Shown here piece by piece: positions 9,100-18,387 of a DNA stretch of 64,000 bases (its first letter is position 1; each line of letters starts with the position of its first letter). The notes beneath the pieces were generated by a model. The model worked only from the letters and a program-made list of their open reading frames with translations, made no database searches and was not told the DNA's origin. Location: positions 1 through 64,000 of IMG/VR virus record IMGVR_UViG_3300035212_003113; one strand, given 5' to 3'. Made by a program: the position numbers and the translations under genes.

Positions 9100-9660
9100 A
9101 TGAGTAACAGCTTTAAGTTATTTAAAAAAGCCGATAGTGAGACGGCTACCGGCCTGGCTACCTCTGTAGTCAGCAAAGCCCTTCCACATTTTGCTCCGGT
9201 CAATAAAGTAAAAAAGCTAAAGGATTTACTGCGGGTTATATCTAAATTCAAAAAAGGCACAAGCCTCACCATGAATATTCAAGATGAGGATGTGGGAGGA
9301 GCCATTCAGGATGCGATAAGCCTGATTCCAAATCCTGTTGCTCGTTCCTTGTCCACCGGCCTTGCCGTAGGCAGGATGCTGGGTGATGCAGGCGTTGACA
9401 GTGCTATTTCAACGATCATGGATATATCATTCGATAGCGGAGAGCAGCTTGCGCTTGAAGCAATCGGCGACTCTGTTATGCGGGCAGTCGAATCAAAAGA
9501 CAGGGATCATGCCCGTGCTTTACTTGGATCAGCCACCCGAGCAATCCAAGGACTAAAAGACCGGGTAGATGCCCGCACTAGTGGCCCTAAGTTCGAAATG
9601 CTTGTTGCGATTGCAGATCTACAGTCAAAGATACAGCAGGTCTTGTCCAAGCTAAACTAG
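9100..9660 (+). CDS. hypothetical protein, possibly late/virion
   Basis: helical ORF preceded by CTATGAAT. Confidence 0.7.
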   Translation: MSNSFKLFKKADSETATGLATSVVSKALPHFAPVNKVKKLKDLLRVISKFKKGTSLTMNIQDEDVGGAIQDAISLIPNPVARSLSTGLAVGRMLGDAGVDSAISTIMDISFDSGEQLALEAIGDSVMRAVESKDRDHARALLGSATRAIQGLKDRVDARTSGPKFEMLVAIADLQSKIQQVLSKLN

Positions 9661-9727
9661 TCAAACAGCCGATTGGCAAACGCTTTTTATTTATTACTTC
9701 TCTAGTGATCTCAGGGATGGATGGCTC

Positions 9728-10009
9728 ATGAAGCTACAGTCTATCTTAGTAGCTGAACGGCTTGCTTCCAACGATATGCGAGGCGCATGCAATGCCCTGC
9801 TAGCGAACTTCAACCTCAGTGATCTGCCCACAGGTGCAGAAGTAAGAGTAAATCCCAGCGAAGTTCATGGGGATCATATAATTATTTACACTGCTGGGCA
9901 CTGGTACGAGTGGGGCGAGCGCATGGGATTCAGGACTGGACTGTCTTCTAGTTTCAGCCTACCAGCTACCCGTGCTGTAATCTGGTTGCGGAAGAGGAAG
10001 CCGACATGA
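9728..10009 (+). CDS. family A paralog
   Basis: MKLQS...NFNL...YEW...GF. Confidence 0.75.
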   Translation: MKLQSILVAERLASNDMRGACNALLANFNLSDLPTGAEVRVNPSEVHGDHIIIYTAGHWYEWGERMGFRTGLSSSFSLPATRAVIWLRKRKPT

Positions 10010-10109
10010 TGCTGCTTGCTGGATTACTTGGTGTTGTTATTGTTGCTGCGGGCTTTCGAGAGGCTGCCCGCAAGCGGTTCCAAGGCACAGCGATAAAGGT
10101 ATTGCCACC

Positions 10110-10367
10110 ATGAAGCTAGACCGGTCTGCAATCATTCACGCCCTAGAGTCCGGCAACAATACAGGGGCCGTGCAAGTCTTGTTTCACTACTTCCGGCTTG
10201 GAGAAGTACCGGGGGATTTGCAAATAATAAGGCGCGTATCTCCTACTATGGAGATGATTTACTATAATGCGGAGTGGTATGGCTGGACAGCCGCACACGG
10301 CTTTCGCAAAAGCCGACTGCCACAAGTGCAAGATCCCCCGCTAGTACAGATATGGTTTCCGCTATGA
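10110..10367 (+). CDS. family A paralog
   Basis: MKLDRS...HYF...YGW...GF. Confidence 0.8.
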   Translation: MKLDRSAIIHALESGNNTGAVQVLFHYFRLGEVPGDLQIIRRVSPTMEMIYYNAEWYGWTAAHGFRKSRLPQVQDPPLVQIWFPL

Positions 10368-10651
10368 AGCTGGAATCCTATGTACTACAAAACGCTATCT
10401 ATGAAGGGCGGCACGAAGAAGCAGTCCGAGGTCTGCTGCAACATTTTGGCATAAACTTACCGGATGCACAGCTGAACATACAGGCAGCAACCGATTCATG
10501 TTATGGCATTTACGTATGGGTAAGCACTAAGTACTTTGAATGGTACGAGGGTAGCTTTTTCTCTGCAAGCTCTTATGTGAGAGGAACGCCATTGCGCGCA
10601 GAAGTAGTAATCGCAACGGTATGGATACGAAGCAAAAATGAAAATCTCTGA
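10364..10651 (+). CDS. family A paralog
   Basis: MKLESYVLQNAIYEG; close to 11566. Confidence 0.8.
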   Translation: MKLESYVLQNAIYEGRHEEAVRGLLQHFGINLPDAQLNIQAATDSCYGIYVWVSTKYFEWYEGSFFSASSYVRGTPLRAEVVIATVWIRSKNENL

Positions 10652-10832
10652 GTGGGCAGTACAGGATGCAGTAGACAGCGGAGACTTCTCCCGCATACTA
10701 CCCATTCTGATTGAGCATTATGGCGTAGGCAGGATTCCCGACTGGGCTGATCCGCAACACGAGCATCCACTTAGTTGCCGCATATGTCAGATGATCCGCC
10801 CTTGGTTGTTTGCAAAAATGGACAGCAAGTGA
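10638..10832 (+). CDS. family A paralog (short, lacks YxW-GF half)
   Basis: MKISEWAVQDAV...EHYG. Confidence 0.6.
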   Translation: MKISEWAVQDAVDSGDFSRILPILIEHYGVGRIPDWADPQHEHPLSCRICQMIRPWLFAKMDSK

Positions 10833-11083
10833 AACTAGATACCTGGGAAGCCGTATCTTCTCTCCTCGATGCCGGTGGTAAGTTTTTTATCGATAAGTAT
10901 TGCCTTGTAAATGACAAAGGTCACTATCATCGGGAAGACGGCCCAGCTGTCATATATCCTAATGGCGATCAGTTTTGGTTGCGCAACGATAAGCTTCACC
11001 GGGAAGACGGCCCGGCTGTCGTCTATTCAGATGGTAAAAAACATTGGTACCTGGATGGTCGACTCCAGCGGGCAGACAAATGA
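10829..11083 (+). CDS. HRxDGPA-repeat protein (2 repeats)
   Basis: GTG MKLDTWEAVSSLLDAGG. Confidence 0.85.
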   Translation: MKLDTWEAVSSLLDAGGKFFIDKYCLVNDKGHYHREDGPAVIYPNGDQFWLRNDKLHREDGPAVVYSDGKKHWYLDGRLQRADK

Positions 11084-11484
11084 AACTTGATATCTGGGGT
11101 GCAATAGATTCTATCCTTGAAGCTGGTGGAAAGTTTTATCAAGGAAAGTATGTCTTTCTAAATGATAATGGTGAGCTTCACCGGGAAGATGGGCCTGCTG
11201 TTATAGAGCCGGATGGTACTCAGGAGTGGTGCCGAAATAACAAGCTTCATCGTGATGATGGACCTGCTATTATATGCCCTGATGGTAGTCAATATTGGTA
11301 CCAGAATGGTGAGCTTCACCGGGATAAAGGTCCCGCTGTATTGTATCCAGATGGTAGTCAGCTTTGGTACCGGAATGGCGAGATTCATCGGGATGGCGGG
11401 CCTGCTGCCGTTTATCCGGATGGCACTCAGCTTTGGTACCGTAATGGCAAGAAGCGCCGTACCGGGCCGGGCAGCAAAGGATAA
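11080..11484 (+). CDS. HRxDGPA-repeat protein (4 repeats)
   Basis: MKLDIWGAIDSILEAGG. Confidence 0.85.
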   Translation: MKLDIWGAIDSILEAGGKFYQGKYVFLNDNGELHREDGPAVIEPDGTQEWCRNNKLHRDDGPAIICPDGSQYWYQNGELHRDKGPAVLYPDGSQLWYRNGEIHRDGGPAAVYPDGTQLWYRNGKKRRTGPGSKG

Positions 11485-11565
11485 TGCCCTACTTTCTTGA
11501 TGAGCTGATCCTCTCTAAGTAGTACGAGCAAGCAGTCCGCATAGCAGCCCGAGGATTAGGAATAT

Positions 11566-11859
11566 ATGAAGCTGGAATCCTATGTACTGCAAAGCGCCAT
11601 CTACGAAGGCCAGTACGAAGAAGCGGTGCGCCTGCTGCTGCAACATTTCGGCATAAACTTACCAGGTGTGCAGCTCATCATACAGACCGAACATGATATA
11701 GGCTACGGCATTAGGGCTTGGGTTGGCTCAGATCCCTATGAATGGTATGAAGGTAATTTTTATTTTCCTGCGCCTGACTGGAACACTGACCGGGATTACA
11801 GCAGAGTAAAGATCGTAAGCGCTACGGTTTGGAGCAAGTACAAGCTCAAGAACTCATGA
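11566..11859 (+). CDS. family A paralog
   Basis: MKLESYVLQSAIYEG; close to 10364. Confidence 0.8.
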   Translation: MKLESYVLQSAIYEGQYEEAVRLLLQHFGINLPGVQLIIQTEHDIGYGIRAWVGSDPYEWYEGNFYFPAPDWNTDRDYSRVKIVSATVWSKYKLKNS

Positions 11860-11889
11860 TATACAACTTACTGACAGGTCGGGCCGGCC

Positions 11890-11915
11890 CTAAAGCCGGT
11901 GCCGCCCGATCCTGT
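11890..11915 (+). promoter_or_regulatory. motif copy 3
   Basis: CTAAA gccggtgccgccc GATCCTGT aggt CGA. Confidence 0.65.
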
Positions 11916-12023
11916 AGGTCGAGCCGGTCGCCGCCTCCGGTAAATGCAAGTGGCGGAGAGACAGGAACCAAAACCCCTAATGGTTAGGGGCTAGGCGAAT
12001 GTCCATCAGAAAAGGAAGAGCAC

Positions 12024-12440
12024 ATGCTCGTCAAGACGAATACGGTCGCTGTTGCCAATAACGCCAATGCCGATGTTGCGGATCTCCTGCGACGTTTGCA
12101 GGCTGCTGAGGCTGCGGTAGCCGCTGAAAAGGCCCGTGCTGATGCCGCTGAGGCTGCCAAGGCAGCGTCTCGTGGCTACTCGGCAAAGGTTTCGGAGAAG
12201 GGTGCGATCTCCATCTTTGGAGTGAATACCAAGTTCCCGGTTACTCTTTACGCCCCGCACTTCGTGGGGATTGTTCTCGATCTCATCGCTACCGATAAGG
12301 GCGTGGCTTTCCTCCGGGAAAATGCCGACCGCCTCTCGGTAAAGGTGGGCGGTGATTCCCAGGCCGGTACTGATGCTGCCCGTGGGGAAGTCAACCGCCT
12401 CGCTGATCGCTTGGCCGATGTTGTTGCTCGGCTGAAGTGA
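12024..12440 (+). CDS. hypothetical protein, Ala-rich coiled N-term
   Basis: AGGAAG SD, followed by terminator-like hairpin. Confidence 0.8.
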   Translation: MLVKTNTVAVANNANADVADLLRRLQAAEAAVAAEKARADAAEAAKAASRGYSAKVSEKGAISIFGVNTKFPVTLYAPHFVGIVLDLIATDKGVAFLRENADRLSVKVGGDSQAGTDAARGEVNRLADRLADVVARLK

Positions 12441-12451
12441 TCAGGGGGTTT

Positions 12452-12481
12452 GCCCCTTCCCTATAAAAAGGGGCGCTTTTT
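12452..12481 (+). terminator. intrinsic terminator candidate
   Basis: GCCCCTT...AAGGGGC hairpin then T run. Confidence 0.5.
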
Positions 12482-12551
12482 ATCGGCATAGCTTAGTAGC
12501 AAAGCCCCGCATTGTCTGCGGGAGATGCAGGTGCGAGCCCTGCTGCCGGTT
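12482..12551 (+). tRNA. tRNA-like element with aberrant anticodon arm (Asp/Thr-like, possibly pseudo)
   Basis: acceptor ATCGGCA/TGCCGGT, D stem GCTT/AAGC, T arm GCAGG-TGCGAGC-CCTGC; anticodon loop non-canonical. Confidence 0.5.
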
Positions 12552-12572
12552 TCTATTTCACAGGAATAGCAA

Positions 12573-12788
12573 ATGAACAACCGCACAATCTATGAGCGCC
12601 TACATAGCCATGCCGTTGCCAACTATAGCAATGGAGGCTGGGATTACTTTGTAGAGTGCTGCGGGTTCGATGACTTCTGCCGTATTGCTGACAGGCATAA
12701 CTGGCAGACCTATGAAGCTGCTCTCCAACACTACCAGCACATTTACTGCACTCTCGACTCTGTTCGTCAAGACATCAAAGCGGCATAA
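12573..12788 (+). CDS. hypothetical protein
   Basis: ORF with SD. Confidence 0.65.
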   Translation: MNNRTIYERLHSHAVANYSNGGWDYFVECCGFDDFCRIADRHNWQTYEAALQHYQHIYCTLDSVRQDIKAA

Positions 12789-12797
12789 GGAGCGAGC

Positions 12798-13001
12798 ATG
12801 AAAGTTTGGGTTGTCGAGGAAGGCGCGGACTATGAAGGAGCCAGTGTCCGTGCGATCTGCTCTTCAAGGGAGTCCGCCCGTCGTATCGCTGGCGAGATGT
12901 TTGCCGCTTTGGATCCGCACGGCAAGATCCAGGTAGACGCAGATCATTGGAGAAATTGGTTGCGACGACTTAGCGTAACCGAGCACGAAGTGGTAGATTG
13001 A
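12798..13001 (+). CDS. hypothetical protein
   Basis: MKVWVV...YEG; resembles 19162. Confidence 0.65.
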   Translation: MKVWVVEEGADYEGASVRAICSSRESARRIAGEMFAALDPHGKIQVDADHWRNWLRRLSVTEHEVVD

Positions 13002-13008
13002 GGTAGCA

Positions 13009-13377
13009 ATGAAGCTAAGCACCGCCGCTATTATTCCTACGATTATTCGCTACGCTGCCGTATACGTTCACTCCCGCTTTGACCCGGCTGACACCGCTGC
13101 GTTTGCTGCGGCATCTAATCCCCGGCTCTGGAAGCGCACCTCTAAATCCCGCCTAAAGAAAATGATGGCTGACAACGGGCTGTCGCTTGCCGGCCTCGCT
13201 GCGGACGACCTGACGTGGGCCAGCGAGTGGGATGACATATTAGATCCGCAACTACTTACCGAGGATTGCTATTGCCGGCATTTCATTAATGATGTACTGA
13301 ACGACGGGCTAGATCCACTAGTGATCACAGATCCTACCGATAGCAAAATTCTCCGCATCTTTTGGCACGCGGATTGA
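13009..13377 (+). CDS. hypothetical protein (MKL start)
   Basis: GAGG SD. Confidence 0.7.
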   Translation: MKLSTAAIIPTIIRYAAVYVHSRFDPADTAAFAAASNPRLWKRTSKSRLKKMMADNGLSLAGLAADDLTWASEWDDILDPQLLTEDCYCRHFINDVLNDGLDPLVITDPTDSKILRIFWHAD

Positions 13378-13386
13378 AAGGCATTT

Positions 13387-13770
13387 GTGTCGCTCACTAT
13401 TGAACAGGCTGATGCTGCTATTCGTGAAGCCTTCTACAACATGGAAGAGTACGTCGAATATATCTTTAATGACTTTTGGTTTAGTGAGGCAAATCGTGTT
13501 CGCAAGGAATACGGTTATTCTCTTTTGAACAATAAGCAGGATTATATCTTCTCTCGCGAGGGCAATGGACTTTACGTACACCATAATTTTGTTTTTGATT
13601 TTGGTGGAAAGGATAATCTCGCCCTCTCCTTTGCCCTAGGTCGCCCCTACTTCCTCGCCGCCTTCGCCTTCGCGCTGCAACATAGCGGTATTGAAAAGCT
13701 CAAGGAAGACACTTGTGCGGGCAAGGTTGTAGAGATTGACGGTCGTAAGTATAAGCTGATTGCTGTCTGA
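13387..13770 (+). CDS. hypothetical protein
   Basis: 127-aa ORF. Confidence 0.7.
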   Translation: MSLTIEQADAAIREAFYNMEEYVEYIFNDFWFSEANRVRKEYGYSLLNNKQDYIFSREGNGLYVHHNFVFDFGGKDNLALSFALGRPYFLAAFAFALQHSGIEKLKEDTCAGKVVEIDGRKYKLIAV

Positions 13771-13806
13771 ACATCCAGCAAAACCCACGACCCCGCCGGA
13801 GTGCCC

Positions 13807-14076
13807 GTGAAGCTGGCTGACTACGAGATTCGAGAAGCGCTATCCCGTAAAGATTGGTCCGCTGCTGTTGCCGCCCTCGCACGCCATTACGGGGTAGACA
13901 TGCCGCCTGAGTATAGGATGGACGTAATGCGCGGCGGGTCCTACGTGAAGACTTTCCAAGTAAAGATCTTTTCGCCCCATTGGATATATGCTTGGTGCGA
14001 GGAAAAAGGACTCCACTGCTGGGAGCGCCAGCACTCTCCCGTAGAACGGACATCAGCAGACATCTGGATTCGCTAG
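13807..14076 (+). CDS. family A paralog
   Basis: GTG MKLADYEIREALSRKDW...HYG...YAW. Confidence 0.8.
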   Translation: MKLADYEIREALSRKDWSAAVAALARHYGVDMPPEYRMDVMRGGSYVKTFQVKIFSPHWIYAWCEEKGLHCWERQHSPVERTSADIWIR

Positions 14077-14091
14077 CAGAGCGCCCCGGCC

Positions 14092-14117
14092 CTAAAGCCG
14101 GCGGCTCCCGATCCTGA
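14092..14117 (+). promoter_or_regulatory. motif copy 4
   Basis: CTAAA gccggcggctccc GATCCTGA ccgt CGA. Confidence 0.65.
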
Positions 14118-14155
14118 CCGTCGAACCGCCCCGCACCGCTAACCCCGGAGTGCTT

Positions 14156-14572
14156 GTGAAACTTTCCAATATTCCGCATGTGCGCGCTGACGCTATTGAC
14201 GCTGCTCTCACCAACTTCTTTGCCGCTAATGATCTGAAGCCGCTCGCCCTTGGCAAGCGCCGCCTCAAGAACCTTGTGCATTGGCTGGAATGGGAGAACA
14301 AGCGGATTGCTAGCATGAACGAGCAACGCCGTCAGCAAGGCTGGGTAAACTTCATTGAGCGCACCTCCGCAGAGAATCAAGCTATTTTTCTCAGGTGGAG
14401 CACCCAGGATGATGGCATGTGGATCGAGACTAGCAAGTGGACCAATCTTGTCGCACTTGACTCCCTGCGCCTTAGCCCTCTTGTGCGCGCTACTGTCTCG
14501 CAAGCCAGCTCTTTCAAAGTGCGAGTCTACAATACCACCGGGCGCTGCACCTATTTTCTCTGGAAGCTTTGA
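14156..14572 (+). CDS. hypothetical protein (MKL start)
   Basis: GGAG SD, GTG start. Confidence 0.7.
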   Translation: MKLSNIPHVRADAIDAALTNFFAANDLKPLALGKRRLKNLVHWLEWENKRIASMNEQRRQQGWVNFIERTSAENQAIFLRWSTQDDGMWIETSKWTNLVALDSLRLSPLVRATVSQASSFKVRVYNTTGRCTYFLWKL

Positions 14573-14624
14573 GGTCTGCCGCTTTTAATCGGGCGCCTCT
14601 AAGAGCCACTTTTGAAAGGAACCT

Positions 14625-15332
14625 ATGAAGAAGACGCAAATTGCTCGTGAGCTTGTTGCCATTGCAAATGAACTTGATGCCGCCGGCAACACCGCAGCGG
14701 CCGATAAGGTTGATGCCGTTCTAGAGCAAACGGCGGCAGAGCCAGACGCTAAACAGCTTGTTGCCTCAGCTATCGAAGGCGCAGAAAAATCCGGTTATCT
14801 TGCGAATATTCTTGATCAGCGCAATCCATCTTCACCAAACCGACTCGGATCTTTCTTTGTAGAAGATCAAAGCGCCAGTAGCCTAAAGTCTGCCAACTGG
14901 AAGCCCTACTCGCACAAAGACATCATCCCTCCTGCAAAGGGCTACGTCGCAGATATTCCTGGCACAGTAGGAATGATAGGTCTCAACACGCTCCCGCCTG
15001 ACATGATTATTACTGCCTCAGATCCAAAGGGAACCCATGGCACTAAAGGTGGCGGCTACTCAGTGGAGGTTCCTCTGGACCCCTCTAAGTTGCCGCAGGC
15101 GTCACAGACCACCGCGATAATTGGGCCTGGTCAGAATAAAGAAGATCCTCTTGCTCTCTGGACGATTTTTCCCGGCACGCCTTTTGAGGGCGTTATTGTA
15201 GGCACTCACGAGCTGTCGCCCATCCAGGCAAAGAATCCCGAGAAGTTTGACACTAGCACCGGCTCGTTTCAGCTTACTGTACAGGAAGCACTCGATCAGG
15301 GATTCAAGTATGGCAAGGTTGCCCTAAAGTGA
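14625..15332 (+). CDS. leader-family protein (LDxxG...AD), putative virion cargo
   Basis: MKKTQIARELVAIANELDAAGNTAAADKVDAVL. Confidence 0.75.
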   Translation: MKKTQIARELVAIANELDAAGNTAAADKVDAVLEQTAAEPDAKQLVASAIEGAEKSGYLANILDQRNPSSPNRLGSFFVEDQSASSLKSANWKPYSHKDIIPPAKGYVADIPGTVGMIGLNTLPPDMIITASDPKGTHGTKGGGYSVEVPLDPSKLPQASQTTAIIGPGQNKEDPLALWTIFPGTPFEGVIVGTHELSPIQAKNPEKFDTSTGSFQLTVQEALDQGFKYGKVALK

Positions 15333-15495
15333 AACCATCAGCGGTTGAGTGTGGAATCCGCGCCTACGAAAAACACCACGGTTTATACCGGCACGAAAGA
15401 GTAGGCAGTTTGCCCGTCTGTAAAAAACGGGCAGCTTTTCTATCTGTTGTAAAGAAGGTTGTAGATCGGTAACGAGAAGTTGTAGAAATAGATAT

Positions 15496-15572
15496 GGGCA
15501 ATGGGACTGCTGAGGGTGGTCGCCTGATTTGCACTCAGGATATTCAGCTCGGTGCAAATCCGAGATTGTCCA
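15496..15572 (+). tRNA. tRNA-Ala(UGC)
   Basis: cloverleaf, CCTGA-TTTGCAC-TCAGG, G3:U70 and A73 alanine determinants; no encoded CCA. Confidence 0.85.
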
Positions 15573-15587
15573 CAAATATTGATTAGT

Positions 15588-15618
15588 AAAAAAGCCAGAG
15601 AAATCTGGCTTTTATTTT
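15588..15618. terminator. bidirectional terminator candidate
   Basis: AAAAGCCAGA-GAAA-TCTGGCTTTT with A/T tracts. Confidence 0.65.
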
Positions 15619-16136
15619 TACTTGCGTTTGCCGCCGTATCTTCCGGTACCCGTCAAGTAGTGATGTTCCTCGTGGCAATTAGGACAAAGTATTTGCAAGT
15701 TACTCACAGCGTTGTTTGATCTGTCGTGATCAATGTGATGAACATGCAAGACTTCTTTGTGCTCGCAGTATCCGCAGACCGCGCATTTATTGTCCTGCAC
15801 TCTGAATGCCACCTCTCTGTACGAAGAGGTCTGTCCGGTATAGTGCTCCGGCCATATCTCGCTGTGCCCGTTCTCCTGGCGCTTGAAAAGCCCTTGATGT
15901 TCTATTGAGCAAAAATAGAGGCCGGACTTGCTCGTCTTATGGGCTTTACGCAGTAGCGGAGTTTGGCACCAGGCACAGGCGCAAGATAGCAGCTTCTTTG
16001 GTTTGTTCTTGTTGCTATATACTGTGCCACAGGATTGGCAGCAGAACTTTGCCCGGCCACGCTTGACGTCTGCTTTTCTGGCAGAGAATACGCCGCCGCA
16101 GTTCAAACATACCTGGTCTACATTAGAGTTGTTCAT
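15618..16136 (-). CDS. HNH endonuclease with Cys-rich N-term
   Basis: HVHHIDHDRSNN...NLQILCPNCH; CxxC repeats. Confidence 0.85.
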   Translation of the reverse strand: MNNSNVDQVCLNCGGVFSARKADVKRGRAKFCCQSCGTVYSNKNKPKKLLSCACAWCQTPLLRKAHKTSKSGLYFCSIEHQGLFKRQENGHSEIWPEHYTGQTSSYREVAFRVQDNKCAVCGYCEHKEVLHVHHIDHDRSNNAVSNLQILCPNCHEEHHYLTGTGRYGGKRK

Positions 16137-16686
16137 TTTGTCTTTCGGCAACAAGATGGTGAATGGAGTGGCAGCGCGGACATAGCATCTCTAGGTTAGA
16201 GATATGGTTATTGTCCCTATTGCTGTCTTTATGATGAACCTGTAGTATGGCAGGGTATTTGTCATATCCGCATTTGCTGCATTTAGGTTCTAGAGATTCC
16301 TTTGCGGTTTTGCGATAACTGGTTCTGGTATCAGGGTCGACCCGCTCTACATAAGTTCCATCAACTTTGTGCTTGCCATAGTGATCCGGCCATATGGCTT
16401 TGATGCCGTGCTCTAGCTGTTGCCCTTTGTCTCTGTGATCCTTGCAGCAGAATCTCAAGCCGCTCTTTGCCTCAGAGAATTTCTTTCTGAAGAATTCCAC
16501 TCCGCAATATGCGCATGTAGCATTAGGAGGTTGCTCGCCTGTGGACTTTGGTTTTCGATCTAACGCTAGACAGTCGCGGGAACAATACTTGCCACCGCCG
16601 CGTGCAACGTCCTTGGCTTTTGCCTTGAAGTGCGCCTTGCAATAAACGCACTCTCTATCTAGCAGCGGTGCTTTGTAACGTGGCAT
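16123..16686 (-). CDS. HNH endonuclease with Cys-rich N-term
   Basis: QVHHKDSNRDNN...NLEMLCPRCH; start at MPRYK. Confidence 0.85.
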   Translation of the reverse strand: MPRYKAPLLDRECVYCKAHFKAKAKDVARGGGKYCSRDCLALDRKPKSTGEQPPNATCAYCGVEFFRKKFSEAKSGLRFCCKDHRDKGQQLEHGIKAIWPDHYGKHKVDGTYVERVDPDTRTSYRKTAKESLEPKCSKCGYDKYPAILQVHHKDSNRDNNHISNLEMLCPRCHSIHHLVAERQNEQL

Positions 16687-16718
16687 AAAAAACCTTTTAC
16701 AAAACTTACACCCACCCA

Positions 16719-16816
16719 TGCCCGTTCTCGCGCTACTTGCCGTAGCTGGGAGAGCCGCCTTGAAAGAGTCCGGCAAGGGATTCTCCTCGGTCCCGGTTCG
16801 ATTCCGGGGCGGGCAG
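16719..16816 (+). ncRNA. atypical tRNA-like RNA
   Basis: TGCCCGT/GCGGGCA acceptor, CCCGG-TTCGATT-CCGGG T arm; interior not a standard cloverleaf. Confidence 0.45.
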
Positions 16817-16843
16817 ACAGTGCCTCAACCAAGGAACTGAGCG

Positions 16844-17122
16844 ATGAATTCGCATCACGTTAAAATGATAGCTGCATTTGAGAGCCAAGATGCAGATGCA
16901 GTGTGTGATATCATTCACGAACATTTCGGACTGAGCCACACCGAGACTCAGACATCCATCAACCGTAGTCGTTTACTCAAGAGGAGTGAAGTTGGGCTCT
17001 TTAAAGATGGCCAATTGTACTCATGGAACTACGACGGGTTTAGTCATCTGGAGCTAGAACCAAATCCAGAAGACGACACCGACATGGCGCGATGCGTCTT
17101 GCTTATCAAGGAGATAGCGTAA
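16844..17122 (+). CDS. family A paralog without MKL start
   Basis: MNSHHVKMIAAF...EHFGL...YSW...GF. Confidence 0.75.
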   Translation: MNSHHVKMIAAFESQDADAVCDIIHEHFGLSHTETQTSINRSRLLKRSEVGLFKDGQLYSWNYDGFSHLELEPNPEDDTDMARCVLLIKEIA

Positions 17123-17186
17123 AATATCCCTGTTCTTCTTGCGGAGTTAAAAGACCAAAAGCATGGCATACGACCGCTGATGGCAC

Positions 17187-17672
17187 TTGCATACGGGCGT
17201 GAGCTTTGCAGTATACGGAGGAATACATATGTACCGCAGCATTGCTGTCATGCCTCTCCAGCCATGGATGATGTATTACGTGGACGAAGAGGACGGTAGG
17301 GAGGAGAATCGCTATCCTCCGTACCAACCTATCATGCACCGCGACGGCTGGTTCTGGGATCGTATTGCCAAGCGCGAATGGTACGAGTACAGCGGCCAAG
17401 CTTTCCTGATCAGCAATAACGGCGGGCAATTTCGCTACGAGTTAGGGCTGGCAAACACCCGCGTTCTTTCTGCTCGTGAGGTGCGCGCTTACCAGGAGAT
17501 CTTGCGTACCCGGCCGCCCAAGGCAATTCGCGTAAGAATTCAAGAGGCGCTTGCGAGCGATGCTGAGGTAAAGTTTTTGGCAGGTATTCGCAGGGACGCG
17601 CTACGCATCAGCCGCAGATTCCGGTTGCGGCTACAACAGGCGCGAGCCGCATCACAGTCAAATAACTCGTGA
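17187..17672 (+). CDS. hypothetical protein (start uncertain)
   Basis: 161-aa ORF. Confidence 0.55.
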   Translation: MHTGVSFAVYGGIHMYRSIAVMPLQPWMMYYVDEEDGREENRYPPYQPIMHRDGWFWDRIAKREWYEYSGQAFLISNNGGQFRYELGLANTRVLSAREVRAYQEILRTRPPKAIRVRIQEALASDAEVKFLAGIRRDALRISRRFRLRLQQARAASQSNNS

Positions 17673-17679
17673 GGTGAAC

Positions 17680-17865
17680 ATGGATAGCGATGACATTGTG
17701 CCGTTTTTGATCGGGAGCCTTCTCACTACACTAGCTGCTCTCGCAATTATCGTGGGCGCCATAGAAGCAACTAAGGCCGATACACTGGAGAGAGCCTGTG
17801 GGGCTTGCGAACCCAAAGGAAAAATTTGCGGGGAGTATGTCTGCACGCAACACGGCTGGGAGTAA
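17680..17865 (+). CDS. small membrane protein with Cys-rich tail
   Basis: GAGGTG SD, hydrophobic helix. Confidence 0.6.
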   Translation: MDSDDIVPFLIGSLLTTLAALAIIVGAIEATKADTLERACGACEPKGKICGEYVCTQHGWE

Positions 17866-17887
17866 TCGGTAGCAGGACCGCCCGGCC

Positions 17888-17913
17888 CTAAAGGCGGCCC
17901 GGCCCGATCCTGA
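17888..17913 (+). promoter_or_regulatory. motif copy 5
   Basis: CTAAA ggcggcccggccc GATCCTGA. Confidence 0.65.
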
Positions 17914-17929
17914 AGCGGCGAAGGACGAC

Positions 17930-18229
17930 GTGAAACTCGAAACAGGGGAAATGATACTGCTGTTTGGCGAAGGCCGATACGAGGTAATCATCGGGAGGAT
18001 TGCCGAGCACTTCGACTTAGCCATCCCCGCTGATCCAGTAATAAGCGTTATGGATAGCCATCGTAGCGACTACGCCTTGCAAGACGATGACAAAGAAGGA
18101 GTGTTGGCCGCCCAGATATGGGGGACGTTCTTAGTGTTCGAGTGGTCCACCCTGTACGGCTTTCGATCAGTAAGCCGAGCTGCATACTTCTGCGATCCGA
18201 AGCTAGGCCTGTACAGAGTATATAAGTAG
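17930..18229 (+). CDS. family A paralog
   Basis: MKLETGEM...EHFDL...FEW...GF. Confidence 0.75.
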   Translation: MKLETGEMILLFGEGRYEVIIGRIAEHFDLAIPADPVISVMDSHRSDYALQDDDKEGVLAAQIWGTFLVFEWSTLYGFRSVSRAAYFCDPKLGLYRVYK

Positions 18230-18387
18230 GGATTTCATAGCAAGCAGTAGTCCGGCACTGTAATAAACATATGCGAGCACGGATACAGGTCTTATGTCGT
18301 CAAGGATATGGGCAAGCACAATCCAAAATTCGTCGGAGAAGAGTTTGAAAAGTTTGTAGAATGGTGTAAGGATTTATCAGAAGTTTT

